The translations under genes were made by a program, and so were the position numbers. Source: Nitrosopumilus maritimus SCM1 (GTDB taxonomy: Archaea > Thermoproteota > Nitrososphaeria > Nitrososphaerales > Nitrosopumilaceae). Taken from it: a DNA stretch of 32,000 nucleotides. The stretch spans positions 660,001-692,000 of the forward strand of contig NC_010085.1 in NCBI RefSeq assembly GCF_000018465.1, in the 5' to 3' direction. How positions within the stretch are numbered: the first letter of the stretch is position 1; every line of letters begins with the position of its first letter. A model generated the notes under the pieces. It was given only the letters and a program-made list of their open reading frames with translations. It made no database searches and had not been told where the DNA came from. Below are positions 15,576 through 23,966 of this stretch, one piece after another.

Positions 15576-17768
15576 ATGGTAAAATTCAAGTCAACTAGCG
15601 ATGTTATGAAAATTATCAAAAATAAGGATCAGATCCGAAACTTTGGTGTAATTGCTCACGTTGACCATGGAAAAACTACCATGAGTGACAGCCTTTTAGC
15701 TTATTCTGGAATCATTGCGCCATCTGCTGCTGGAAAAGCACTTGCCATGGACTTTGATAAAGAAGAACAACAAAGAGGAATTACAATTTATCAAGCAAAC
15801 GTCACTTTACTCTTTCAACAAAAAGACAAAGAATACGTCATTAACATGATTGATACCCCTGGACACGTTGACTTTAGTGGAAGGGTAATTCGTAGTCTTA
15901 GAGCAATTGATGGTGCAGTTGTTGTTTGTGATGCAGTTGAAGGTATCATGACTCAGACTGAAACTGTAACTAGAATGGCTCTTGAAGAGAGAGTAAAACC
16001 TGTATTGTTTATCAACAAAGTAGACAGACTCATCAAAGAATTACGTTTAACTCCTGAAAAAATGCAGGCGCAACTTGCAGAAGTTGTTTCAAACTTTAAC
16101 CAATTAATTGATACTTATGCTGAACCAGAATACAAAGAAAAATGGAAAGTTTCAATTCAAGATGCTAGCGTGACGTTTGGTTCTGCAAAAGACAGATGGG
16201 CAATCAATGTTGATTTGATGAAAGAGAGAGGAATTACATTCAAAGACGTTATTGATGCATATGAAAATGAAAAGGTTGCAGACCTAGTCGAGAAAGCACC
16301 TTTAGCTGATGCAGTACTTGGAATGGTTGTAAAACATCATCCAGCTCCTGCTGAAGCTGTGAAATACAGAATTCCGCAAATTTGGAAAGGTGATTTGGAT
16401 TCTGATGTTGGTAAAGCGTTACTCTCATGCAGTGATGATGGTCCAACAATTATGATGATTGTAAACATGGTATTAGATCCTGCAGCAGGACCTGTTGCAA
16501 TTGGAAGGTTGTTCTCTGGAACAATCAAAGATGGACAAACTATTCAAATTATAGATGAAAAACGTGAAGGAAGAGTTCAATCTGTTAACTTTTTCATGGG
16601 AAACCAAAGAGAACAAGTAGGTGAACTTGGAGCTGGAAACATTCCTGCATTATTGGGATTAACTGAAGCTAGAGCAGGTAATACACTATCTACTGTTAAA
16701 GATATTCCAATGTTTGAAGGTGTCAAATACGTTTCAGAACCTGTTGTTCAAGTTGCAATTGAACCAAAACATCCTAAAGATTTACCTAAACTAGTTGAAG
16801 TTCTCAAACAATTAACAATCGAAGATCCTAACCTTGTCGTAAAGATTGATGAGGAGAGTGGTGAGACTATTGTTGCAGGTATGGGTGTATTGCACTTGGA
16901 TGTTGCAACTCACCGTATTCAAGATGCTAAAGTCGAGATTGTAACTTCTGAACCTTTGATTAACTACAGAGAAACTGTCAAAGCTGGTTGTGAACCAATT
17001 ATGGCAAAATCCCCAAACAGACACAACAAGATTTTCATGAAAGTAGAGCCACTCGAGCCTGAAATTGCTACTATGCTTAGAACTGGTGAAATCAGTGACA
17101 TGAAAGACAAGAAAGTAGTCTCTGATTTGCTCAAAGGTGCTGGATGGGATACTGATACAATCAAGAGAGTTATGAAATTTGATTCTCGTGGTAATGTTTT
17201 GATTAACGGAACAAAAGGTGTTCAATTTGTACAAGAATCAACTGATTCTATTAATTCTGGATTTGATGAAGTAATGAAAGAAGGCCCTCTCTGTAAAGAG
17301 CAAATGAGAGACTGTAAATTCACATTCACTCACTTTGTTCCTCATGAGGATACTGCACACAGAGGTCTATCTCAATTAGGACCTGCATCTCGTAGAGCAT
17401 GTATGGGGGCATTACTTACTGCAGGAACTGCTGTACTTGAACCAACCTTAGCAATTGAAGTTCGTGTACCAACTGATTTGGTAGGAAATGTTGCAACTGT
17501 TCTTTCAGGAAAACGTGGTAAAGTTCTAGATATGGCTCAAAAAGGTGCATCAAGTATTGTTACTGGAGAGATACCAGCTTCTGAAACCTTTACGCTATCT
17601 GAAGAGATGAGAGGTCAAACAGCCGGTCGTGCAACATGGAATACTTCATTCAAAGCATGGACTGAAGTCCCAAAATCAATGTTGTCTGCTGCAGTCTCTG
17701 ATATTCGAAAGAGAAAAGGTCTTGCTCCAGATCCACCTGGTGCAAACGAATTCATCGATAAAGAGTAA
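15576..17768 (+). CDS. fusA: translation elongation factor 2 (aEF-2)
   Basis: 730-aa ORF. G1 is 'AHVDHGKTT', G3 is 'DTPGHVDF' and G4 is 'NKVD'. The domain IV loop with the diphthamide His is 'HEDTAHRGLSQ'. The full-length architecture is archaeal EF-2. Confidence 0.97.
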   Translation: MVKFKSTSDVMKIIKNKDQIRNFGVIAHVDHGKTTMSDSLLAYSGIIAPSAAGKALAMDFDKEEQQRGITIYQANVTLLFQQKDKEYVINMIDTPGHVDFSGRVIRSLRAIDGAVVVCDAVEGIMTQTETVTRMALEERVKPVLFINKVDRLIKELRLTPEKMQAQLAEVVSNFNQLIDTYAEPEYKEKWKVSIQDASVTFGSAKDRWAINVDLMKERGITFKDVIDAYENEKVADLVEKAPLADAVLGMVVKHHPAPAEAVKYRIPQIWKGDLDSDVGKALLSCSDDGPTIMMIVNMVLDPAAGPVAIGRLFSGTIKDGQTIQIIDEKREGRVQSVNFFMGNQREQVGELGAGNIPALLGLTEARAGNTLSTVKDIPMFEGVKYVSEPVVQVAIEPKHPKDLPKLVEVLKQLTIEDPNLVVKIDEESGETIVAGMGVLHLDVATHRIQDAKVEIVTSEPLINYRETVKAGCEPIMAKSPNRHNKIFMKVEPLEPEIATMLRTGEISDMKDKKVVSDLLKGAGWDTDTIKRVMKFDSRGNVLINGTKGVQFVQESTDSINSGFDEVMKEGPLCKEQMRDCKFTFTHFVPHEDTAHRGLSQLGPASRRACMGALLTAGTAVLEPTLAIEVRVPTDLVGNVATVLSGKRGKVLDMAQKGASSIVTGEIPASETFTLSEEMRGQTAGRATWNTSFKAWTEVPKSMLSAAVSDIRKRKGLAPDPPGANEFIDKE

Positions 17769-17825
17769 AACCACTCATACGTTTTCAAATATTCTTGATT
17801 TTTCTTATTCCGCAATTTTTTAATA

Positions 17826-17853
17826 GTTGACCTACCAATAATAGGTTGACCTA
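17826..17853. promoter_or_regulatory. direct repeat pair (gttgaccta x2), candidate operator
   Basis: The exact 9-mer 'gttgaccta' occurs at 17826-17834 and 17845-17853 (19-nt period), each preceded by 'aata(g)'. The pair lies between an A/T-rich TATA-like tract (17815-17824) and the ATG at 17860 of a wHTH gene. Confidence 0.3.
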
Positions 17854-17859
17854 GATGAA

Positions 17860-18438
17860 ATGAGTCAATCTGAGCCTACTTTAATGATGTATGAGCGTGA
17901 AAGGATAATTCTAGAGCATATCAAAGAAAATCCTGATCTGCATCATAATGCATTACTAAAACTAATAGTTCCAAAATTCATGGCAAAAACTACTTTTGAG
18001 AAAACTCGTGACTCTCTTATTGAGAAAGAGATCATCTTGGTAAATTCTAAAAGTAATATGAAATTCTATCATCTTACTGAAAATTACACTCACAAAGCAG
18101 CACAGCACATTGAGCAAACTACAAACAATTCTTTTCATGATCTTAAAATTCAAATCAAACGATTAGAAACTGATTTTCCTCATAAGGACATTGATGAAAA
18201 AATAAACATTTCAAATTCTATTTTGAGACGGTTATTGCAAACCGACAACGGCTTTACGATTTTGGATGCTATTAAAAATCCTAAAAAAACATTGTATAGA
18301 GACGAGCATTTAACAATTCAACAACTAATCTACCAAGTTTATGCGATAATTCAAAATGATAAGGACTCTGAATTATTGGTTCCAACAATTATTAGTTTTC
18401 TAGGAGTTATTGTGCCAAAAAATCCATCAGATAAATAG
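17860..18438 (+). CDS. winged-helix transcriptional regulator-like protein
   Basis: 192-aa ORF. The N-terminal ~75 aa ('ERERIILEHIKENPDLHHNALLKLI...TRDSLIEKEIILV...KFYHLTE') are wHTH-like, with a helical C-terminal domain. The architecture is shared with 23963-24529. Confidence 0.55.
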   Translation: MSQSEPTLMMYERERIILEHIKENPDLHHNALLKLIVPKFMAKTTFEKTRDSLIEKEIILVNSKSNMKFYHLTENYTHKAAQHIEQTTNNSFHDLKIQIKRLETDFPHKDIDEKINISNSILRRLLQTDNGFTILDAIKNPKKTLYRDEHLTIQQLIYQVYAIIQNDKDSELLVPTIISFLGVIVPKNPSDK

Positions 18439-18481
18439 TATATTCTTTAGTTATTTATTCAGGTTCATTTTAGAATAATTC

Positions 18482-18712
18482 ATGGGACTATTATACACAA
18501 AATTTTATCTTGATTTTGATGAAGATGATTGGAATCAAATTTCAAATGATCCTATAATATTTCAGACCAAAAAAGAAAATGTTACTTTGGAGATTGAAGA
18601 CGCATCTCATAACTTTTACAAACTACATTTTAGAGAAGGTGGAAAAATTCAGATGTTCCGAGTTACTGGAAGATTTCGACTAACTTGGAATGATGATGAT
18701 GTTTTGGATTAG
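18482..18712 (+). CDS. hypothetical small protein
   Basis: 76-aa ORF with a beta-rich-looking sequence. No motif recognised. Confidence 0.35.
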   Translation: MGLLYTKFYLDFDEDDWNQISNDPIIFQTKKENVTLEIEDASHNFYKLHFREGGKIQMFRVTGRFRLTWNDDDVLD

Positions 18713-18746
18713 AAAAATTATAATGGGCTTTATCTGAATTGGAATT

Positions 18747-18977
18747 ATGTCTTTAAATGAGCAAGTTTCTAAAATTTTAGAAAACTTTGATAATACATCA
18801 TCAGAAGAAATTATTGATGTCTTAAAGCAAATTCAGCCTCAATTTAAGAGCAATTTGACATTAGAATACCTTGATGGAAAAATTCAGAAAATTGTGGATA
18901 TTGAAGATGAATCTGAAAAAAAGAAACAATGCAAAGCATTGACTCCTTACTTGGATTGGTATTTGCAAGGACTATAA
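18747..18977 (+). CDS. hypothetical small protein
   Basis: 76-aa ORF that looks helical. No motif recognised. Confidence 0.4.
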   Translation: MSLNEQVSKILENFDNTSSEEIIDVLKQIQPQFKSNLTLEYLDGKIQKIVDIEDESEKKKQCKALTPYLDWYLQGL

Positions 18978-18979
18978 TT

Positions 18980-19405
18980 TTATTCTGAAAATTCTTTTAT
19001 TTTCTTTAATGCTGTTTTTATGATCTCTATATCATTTTTTGCTGCTGCTAAATCCCCTACTAAATTCACAAAATATTCGTGACCTGTGTTTTGTGCTTTG
19101 TCAATATCTGATTCATAACACATCAGTGCTTTTTCAAAGAATGAAATTTCATTACTAAGATTTTGCATTGCTTGGATATCGTTAATACTGGTTTTGATCT
19201 TTTCAACCACTTCATCAATTTTTGGAACTGTTTTCATTGCTTGTTGATTCAAAACTGATGCAAACATGGCAGCAGAATCTTTTAGTTCTGGACTTTGTGC
19301 AATTGTACGTAATCTTTTTCGATAATGCTCTAGTGATTTTAATACAATTTCATATCCTCCCTCATCTTTTAGGAAAATTGCTCCCATCCACACTTTTTCA
19401 GCCAT
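18980..19405 (-). CDS. hypothetical protein
   Basis: 141-aa ORF, helical. It is convergent with the previous gene with a 2-nt gap. Confidence 0.5.
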   Translation of the reverse strand: MAEKVWMGAIFLKDEGGYEIVLKSLEHYRKRLRTIAQSPELKDSAAMFASVLNQQAMKTVPKIDEVVEKIKTSINDIQAMQNLSNEISFFEKALMCYESDIDKAQNTGHEYFVNLVGDLAAAKNDIEIIKTALKKIKEFSE

Positions 19406-19478
19406 TACAAAAAGTGGTAGTTGTTATGATATAATTTAGTTGTCACAAGATCTTATGGTGATGTATTTTTTTTGAGAA

Positions 19479-19709
19479 TTATTCTCCTGAATCAAAATTT
19501 TCTTGAATTGGTGGTTGATTTCTACTAATAAGATATAACAAAATCCCTGCTACGCCTACACCTATTCCTGAAAGACCCACAAATGTTCCAATGTTTTTAA
19601 TTAATCTCAAAACAGGTTGTACTTGACCTATTTCAATTGAATAAAACATTACCAATCCTGCTAGAAACATCCCTCCTCCTATGAAGATCATTGATGTCCC
19701 TGCACGCAT
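19479..19709 (-). CDS. small membrane protein
   Basis: 76-aa ORF with two TM helices ('MIFIGGGMFLAGLVMFYSI', 'FVGLSGIGVGVAGILLYLI'). Confidence 0.5.
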   Translation of the reverse strand: MRAGTSMIFIGGGMFLAGLVMFYSIEIGQVQPVLRLIKNIGTFVGLSGIGVGVAGILLYLISRNQPPIQENFDSGE

Positions 19710-19819
19710 AATTTGTTGACAATTTTCTGATTAATAAATCACCTAAAATTTATGCGTGGGTAAATTTTTTTTAAAAAGTTATTTTTACTAGACTATGAGA
19801 AAATTAACCAAGGCCTGAT

Positions 19820-21301
19820 ATGTCACAATTGACTCTTTCCCAAACAATTGAAAATGTACAATCTCTGATTGATTCTGGAAATGGTGATCCTGGAAGATTA
19901 TATCACATACTAGAGTGTCTAAAAAATAATCGTCCACTATACCATTCTGATCAAAATTATCTTGAACAAAAACTAGAATCCTCATTTAGTCTCGAAGATG
20001 AATCAGAACCTGTTACTGGCAGTGATGTTCTGCCAAAAATACAAGAACTAATCAACTCAGGAAATGGTGATCCTGGAAGATTACAGCATATTTTTGACAT
20101 GATTTCAAATAACAAAACTCTGTATCATTCTGATGCTGCATATTTAGAATCAAAACTAAATGAACCTATTACTCCAAAATCTGCAGAGTATACAACAATT
20201 CATGAATCGCAACATACAGAAACAATCCCTCCTCCAAAACCTCAACCTGAAGTAAAACCCACACCTGAAGAAAAACCTGTGTCTAGAGGAAGTATGCCAA
20301 AAGGATGGAACTCTTCATTAGACTCTACAGAAATTGAAAAAATTTCTAAAGATATTCAAAAAGAAGAAGAAAAAATCCAAAAACAAAAATCAATTTCAAG
20401 TGAAATTGATGCGCACCGTTCAAAATTAACACAATTAGTATCTCATCGAAAAGAATACGAGCAAAAAGTAACTCAAGAAAAAGCAACATTAGAAGCACAA
20501 ATTCAAGAAGAACGTCTAAAAATTAAATCTCAGACAAAACTTTCTGAAGAAATTATTGCTCAAAAAGAAGAATTGGCTAAAGTGAAAAAAGAGCGAACTA
20601 ACATTATTAAAAATATTAATCTAGAAAAAACAAAAATTTCAAAAGAACTTGCACAACAAAAGCGCCAACTAGCTCAAGCACAATTAGAACAAGAGAAAAT
20701 AGAAAAACAAGTTGAAATTGAACAAACCCTGCTCACAAATATGATTGAAGAACAAAAATCACGCTTACTTGAACAAGCATCTATTGCAAATGAAATCAAA
20801 TCAAAACAAAGTGACTTGGAAAAAACTAAGAAAGATTACGAATTTATCGTTTCACAAGTCAATGAAGAAAAAGCAAAATTTGCAGAATCTGAAAAACTCA
20901 AGAATTTGATAAAATCTCAAGAGACAGATTTGATAAAAGCAAAAGAAGAACGTCTTACTTTGATAAACACCATCTCTAAAGAAAAAGAAGCAATAACCAA
21001 AAAAACTAATGAAGAAAAAGAACGTCTAAAATCTCAAGAAAACTTAGCAAAACAACTCAAAAAAGAAGAAAAAGTCTATGAATCACTTAAAAAGAAACGT
21101 GAAAAAACAGAACAACAAATTAAATTAAAGAATCAAAAATTAAAAGAAAAACAACAAAAGCTAAAAAAACAAATCTCTGAAAAAGACAAAAAACTCAAAT
21201 CATTAAATTCAAAAAAGACTACTGCCAAAAAACCTGCTAAAAAAACTACAAAAAAAGCAGTGACCAAAACTAAAAAATCTGTAAAGAAAAAATCATCTTA
21301 A
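19820..21301 (+). CDS. coiled-coil protein with duplicated N-terminal module and Lys-rich basic tail
   Basis: 493-aa ORF. It has two copies of 'SGNGDPGRL.HI......N..LYHSD..YLE.KL', then a Pro-rich linker 'PPPKPQPEVKPTPEEKP'. About 270 aa of E/K/Q-rich heptad-like sequence follow. The C-terminus is 'KKTTAKKPAKKTTKKAVTKTKKSVKKKSS'. Confidence 0.75.
   Translation: MSQLTLSQTIENVQSLIDSGNGDPGRLYHILECLKNNRPLYHSDQNYLEQKLESSFSLEDESEPVTGSDVLPKIQELINSGNGDPGRLQHIFDMISNNKTLYHSDAAYLESKLNEPITPKSAEYTTIHESQHTETIPPPKPQPEVKPTPEEKPVSRGSMPKGWNSSLDSTEIEKISKDIQKEEEKIQKQKSISSEIDAHRSKLTQLVSHRKEYEQKVTQEKATLEAQIQEERLKIKSQTKLSEEIIAQKEELAKVKKERTNIIKNINLEKTKISKELAQQKRQLAQAQLEQEKIEKQVEIEQTLLTNMIEEQKSRLLEQASIANEIKSKQSDLEKTKKDYEFIVSQVNEEKAKFAESEKLKNLIKSQETDLIKAKEERLTLINTISKEKEAITKKTNEEKERLKSQENLAKQLKKEEKVYESLKKKREKTEQQIKLKNQKLKEKQQKLKKQISEKDKKLKSLNSKKTTAKKPAKKTTKKAVTKTKKSVKKKSS
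19877..19900 (+). repeat. 24-nt exact direct repeat, copy 1 (ggaaatggtgatcctggaagatta)
   Basis: Identical to 20060-20083. The offset is 183 nt (61 codons). It encodes GNGDPGRL. Confidence 0.95.
20060..20083 (+). repeat. 24-nt exact direct repeat, copy 2
   Basis: Identical to 19877-19900. It encodes the second GNGDPGRL. Confidence 0.95.
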
Positions 21302-21910
21302 CTTTATTGTAATTTCTTCACCATTTCCTATTGGTGAAGTTATAGTTCTAACATTTTGAATTGCTTGTATGTGTGATGAATATTCTTTCATACTTTCTCT
21401 ATATTTTTCAGGATATAACATGTTGTCTGTAACAATTACTCCGCCTACTGATACCATGGGTAATATCATATCAAAATATTCAATAACATTTTCTTTATCT
21501 GCATCAATTAATACAAAATCAAAAAATACTTTGTAATCTTCATTCAAACTGAGTTCTTGTAAAATTTGCATTGCCAATCCTTCTTGAATTGCTATGTGTT
21601 CTGAAACATTTGCATTTTGAAAGTTCTCTTTTGCTCTTTGAATTTTTTTTGCATTTTGTTCTATTGTTATTATTTTTCCATTATTCTCAATAATTGCTTC
21701 AGCACACCATATTGTTGAATATCCTACCGACATTCCAACCTCTAGCATATTTTTTGCATTTTTTAGACGTATTAGCATATTGAGTAATTCTCCCGTTTCT
21801 TTTGTTATTGCTAACATTCTTTCATCAGATGAAACATTTACTTGTCTTGATTTTTCTAATGATGATTGTTTTTCTAATTTTTCTAAAACTTCGAAAATTG
21901 CTTTATTCAT
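21293..21910 (-). CDS. class I SAM-dependent O-methyltransferase (caffeoyl-CoA OMT-like, Methyltransf_3 type)
   Basis: 205-aa ORF. 'MLEVGMSVGYSTIWCAEA' is SAM motif I. 'FDFVLIDADKENVIEYF' and 'GGVIVTDNML' are typical of cation-dependent OMTs. Confidence 0.85.
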   Translation of the reverse strand: MNKAIFEVLEKLEKQSSLEKSRQVNVSSDERMLAITKETGELLNMLIRLKNAKNMLEVGMSVGYSTIWCAEAIIENNGKIITIEQNAKKIQRAKENFQNANVSEHIAIQEGLAMQILQELSLNEDYKVFFDFVLIDADKENVIEYFDMILPMVSVGGVIVTDNMLYPEKYRESMKEYSSHIQAIQNVRTITSPIGNGEEITIKLR

Positions 21911-22005
21911 TTTTCTGTGTTTGTGATATCTTATCCTTGTATTAGTATTCTAAGATCTAATTTCATCTTTATTAGATTATATTTGCCCCTAATTTTTCTT
22001 CTAAT

Positions 22006-22383
22006 ATGGCAGCAAAGAAAATCGATCTGCTTGATATTGTTCAAAAAATCATTAATTTGGATTCTAAAATGAGATTTGCTGCAATAATTGACCCTAAAGG
22101 AAACATCCGAGAGGCAATTATGAAGACAGGAAAAACAAACCTCAAATCTCAAAAAGAAGAAGAGCATTTCTGCAAACAAGTTGCCCAAAGACGTGCTATG
22201 AGAAAAGAATTTGATAGATCTTTAGGTAAAGTTCGTTATGTTCATGTTGAAAGAGAAAAAGTATCTCAAATGGTAGTTTATGCAAAAAGAAACATCATCT
22301 ATTTTACAATGGAACCTGAGATGCCAATTAACACCAAAATCAGACTAATCACAAAAATCAAAAAACTTACTGCAGGTCTTTAA
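22006..22383 (+). CDS. hypothetical protein (possibly Roadblock/LC7-like fold)
   Basis: 125-aa ORF. 'MRFAAIIDPKGNIREAIMK' and the later 'VSQMVVYAKRNIIYFTMEP' recall Roadblock/MglB-type proteins, but the resemblance is weak. The overlapping minus-strand ORF 21931-22188 is Cys/Phe-rich and was rejected. Confidence 0.5.
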   Translation: MAAKKIDLLDIVQKIINLDSKMRFAAIIDPKGNIREAIMKTGKTNLKSQKEEEHFCKQVAQRRAMRKEFDRSLGKVRYVHVEREKVSQMVVYAKRNIIYFTMEPEMPINTKIRLITKIKKLTAGL

Positions 22384-22413
22384 GTTAATTTTGACTTTGG
22401 ATTTCTTATCCTA

Positions 22414-22770
22414 ATGACCTTTCAAAAATATCTTGGTGACTCAAAGATGTTTGAATATGACAAACATTATAGAAATTGTCAACAGTTTGATAAACCATTC
22501 ATTAAGGCAAAAATTAATCCTCACCATGGAAATTATTTTGTACAAATTGATTTGATGACTTGTAATTACAAATTCTCAAAAAATGATGAAGAAGAATTAA
22601 AAAAAATGGCTAATAATGAAAATGATTTTTTAGAATTAAATTCTGAGTCAAAATTAGAAGGGTTTAGTATTACTTCTGAACTTGCATGGTTTGACGGTGT
22701 ATCTTTGAAAAATCTTGATTCTTTTTGTAATGCTCTTTATGATTTAACTCAGAATTCAAAATCGAATTAA
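22414..22770 (+). CDS. hypothetical protein
   Basis: 118-aa ORF. No motif recognised. Confidence 0.4.
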   Translation: MTFQKYLGDSKMFEYDKHYRNCQQFDKPFIKAKINPHHGNYFVQIDLMTCNYKFSKNDEEELKKMANNENDFLELNSESKLEGFSITSELAWFDGVSLKNLDSFCNALYDLTQNSKSN

Positions 22771-22962
22771 ATTTTTTAGTATCTTGTCTATCACTTTGAG
22801 TTCTTCTTTTCTTTCTTTAATTGTTGTTTCATTCCATTTTTTTACAAATTCTGATTTTTGGTCTAACTTTTCTAATTCTTGAATGTATTTTACAAGATGG
22901 ATTTTGTAATCATGTAACAAATCCAAATGCTTGTTGTGGTTTTTTTCTGTAGGTGTTGGCAT
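22756..22962 (-). CDS. hypothetical small helical protein
   Basis: 68-aa ORF lying 2 nt downstream of 22965-23198 on the same strand. It is Lys/Glu-rich and helical. Confidence 0.35.
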   Translation of the reverse strand: MPTPTEKNHNKHLDLLHDYKIHLVKYIQELEKLDQKSEFVKKWNETTIKERKEELKVIDKILKNLIRF

Positions 22963-22964
22963 TT

Positions 22965-23198
22965 TTACTCATCTGTAATATCAGGAAACATCTCTTTAAT
23001 TCGTATCTTGTCTTTTTCCATAGCCTCTATTCTTTTTTCAAGGTGATTCTTAATAACTGGATTTTGTTCTTGTTTTTCTTCTTCTCTGATATCTGAAATT
23101 GTTTTTGCTAGTGATCTATAGTATTTGATATGATTTCTCTTAGATTCTTCTGATTTGTCTTCTTCTTTTACATCCACAAAGTGGTTAAATTTTTGCAA
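22965..23198 (-). CDS. hypothetical small helical protein ('MFPD-tail' family)
   Basis: 77-aa ORF ending '...IRIKEMFPDITDE'. It shares a YR...I...(~38-41 aa)...IK[EK]MFPD layout with 28626-28817. Confidence 0.42.
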   Translation of the reverse strand: MQKFNHFVDVKEEDKSEESKRNHIKYYRSLAKTISDIREEEKQEQNPVIKNHLEKRIEAMEKDKIRIKEMFPDITDE

Positions 23199-23321
23199 AA
23201 TATGTACTTGATGCTCTTGACTATTTTCTAACTAATGATTATCCAAAATTACTCTCAATTTTAAACAAATTTTCAGATTTATTCCATTCTTGCTTTTATT
23301 TCCCTATTTTAATAATTTTTT

Positions 23322-23498
23322 ATGGTCAACATTAGATGTGATGAATGTGGCTTTGACTGCGATTATTTTGTAGAGGGGGAAATGGAGCAGGTAGTTTTTG
23401 CATATTGGAATCATATGGCAAAAGAACACGGAATAGAATATTCTCCTGAAACATTAGGCAGATATGTCAAAAAGAAGATTTTGGCAATCTCTTCCTAG
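23322..23498 (+). CDS. small metal-binding protein (resembles DUF1059)
   Basis: Not in the ORF track (58 aa): MVNIRCDECGFDCDYFVEGEMEQVVFAYWNHMAKEHGIEYSPETLGRYVKKKILAISS. The pattern C..CGF.C.....GE.E..V......H....HG matches my recollection of DUF1059. Confidence 0.6.
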   Translation: MVNIRCDECGFDCDYFVEGEMEQVVFAYWNHMAKEHGIEYSPETLGRYVKKKILAISS

Positions 23499-23555
23499 AA
23501 TTAACCAGTTTTAAAAATAGAATTAAGCTTAAAAATAAATTTTGTAATGTATATC

Positions 23556-23654
23556 ATGACATTTCCATTGGATTCTGTAAAGTCATGCCCCAAATGCGGC
23601 TGTGAATACTGTAAACTCAAAGTTTGCCCTGCATGTGGTCATGATTTGTCCTGA
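23556..23654 (+). CDS. possible 32-aa zinc-ribbon miniprotein
   Basis: MTFPLDSVKSCPKCGCEYCKLKVCPACGHDLS has CPxC...CPxC. It lies 39 nt upstream of the PIN-like gene on the same strand. It is very short, so the call is weak. Confidence 0.3.
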   Translation: MTFPLDSVKSCPKCGCEYCKLKVCPACGHDLS

Positions 23655-23693
23655 TAATTTTACACTAATATTGAAATCAAATTCAGTTCTATT

Positions 23694-23966
23694 ATGAAAA
23701 TTCTTGTAGATGAAAATCTAGATGGTATGGATGATCGTCTCAAAGAACATGGTTATGATGCATTAAGTGTGAGAAAACTTAACATGGCTGGAGAAAAACT
23801 TGGTTCTGATTTTTCAATAATACAATATGCTCAAAAAAATCACTTGATAATTGTCACAAAAGACAAAGAATTTCGTAAAGCAAGCGAAGAAAATGATTTT
23901 CCATTAATTCTTTTAGATGATGAAGAAATACTCAAAGTAATTATTGAAAAACTAAAAAAATTCTAA
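23694..23966 (+). CDS. PIN-like / Mut7-C-like domain protein (resembles DUF5615), toxin-like
   Basis: 90-aa ORF. 'MKILVDENL' at the N-terminus and 'LIIVTKDKEF' reproduce the '(F/I)LVDENL ... L(I/V)T.D.DF' acidic-residue pattern I associate with DUF5615 PIN-like nucleases. Confidence 0.62.
   Translation: MKILVDENLDGMDDRLKEHGYDALSVRKLNMAGEKLGSDFSIIQYAQKNHLIIVTKDKEFRKASEENDFPLILLDDEEILKVIIEKLKKF

Noticed and set aside
16249-17234. Minus-strand ORFs (63-140 aa) inside EF-2
   Set aside because: They are shadow ORFs antisense to an unambiguous EF-2 gene and have no motifs.
21955-21977. 7-bp inverted repeats with 9-nt spacers in promoters (atctaat/attagat here; tgtatca/tgataca at 29352-29374)
   Set aside because: They are short and AT-rich, so they are expected by chance in this composition. 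I noted them only as weak operator candidates.
21931-22188. 85-aa minus-strand ORF overlapping 22006-22383
   Set aside because: It is Cys/Phe-rich with a low-complexity composition. The + strand product looks like a globular protein and starts after a plausible promoter spacer.
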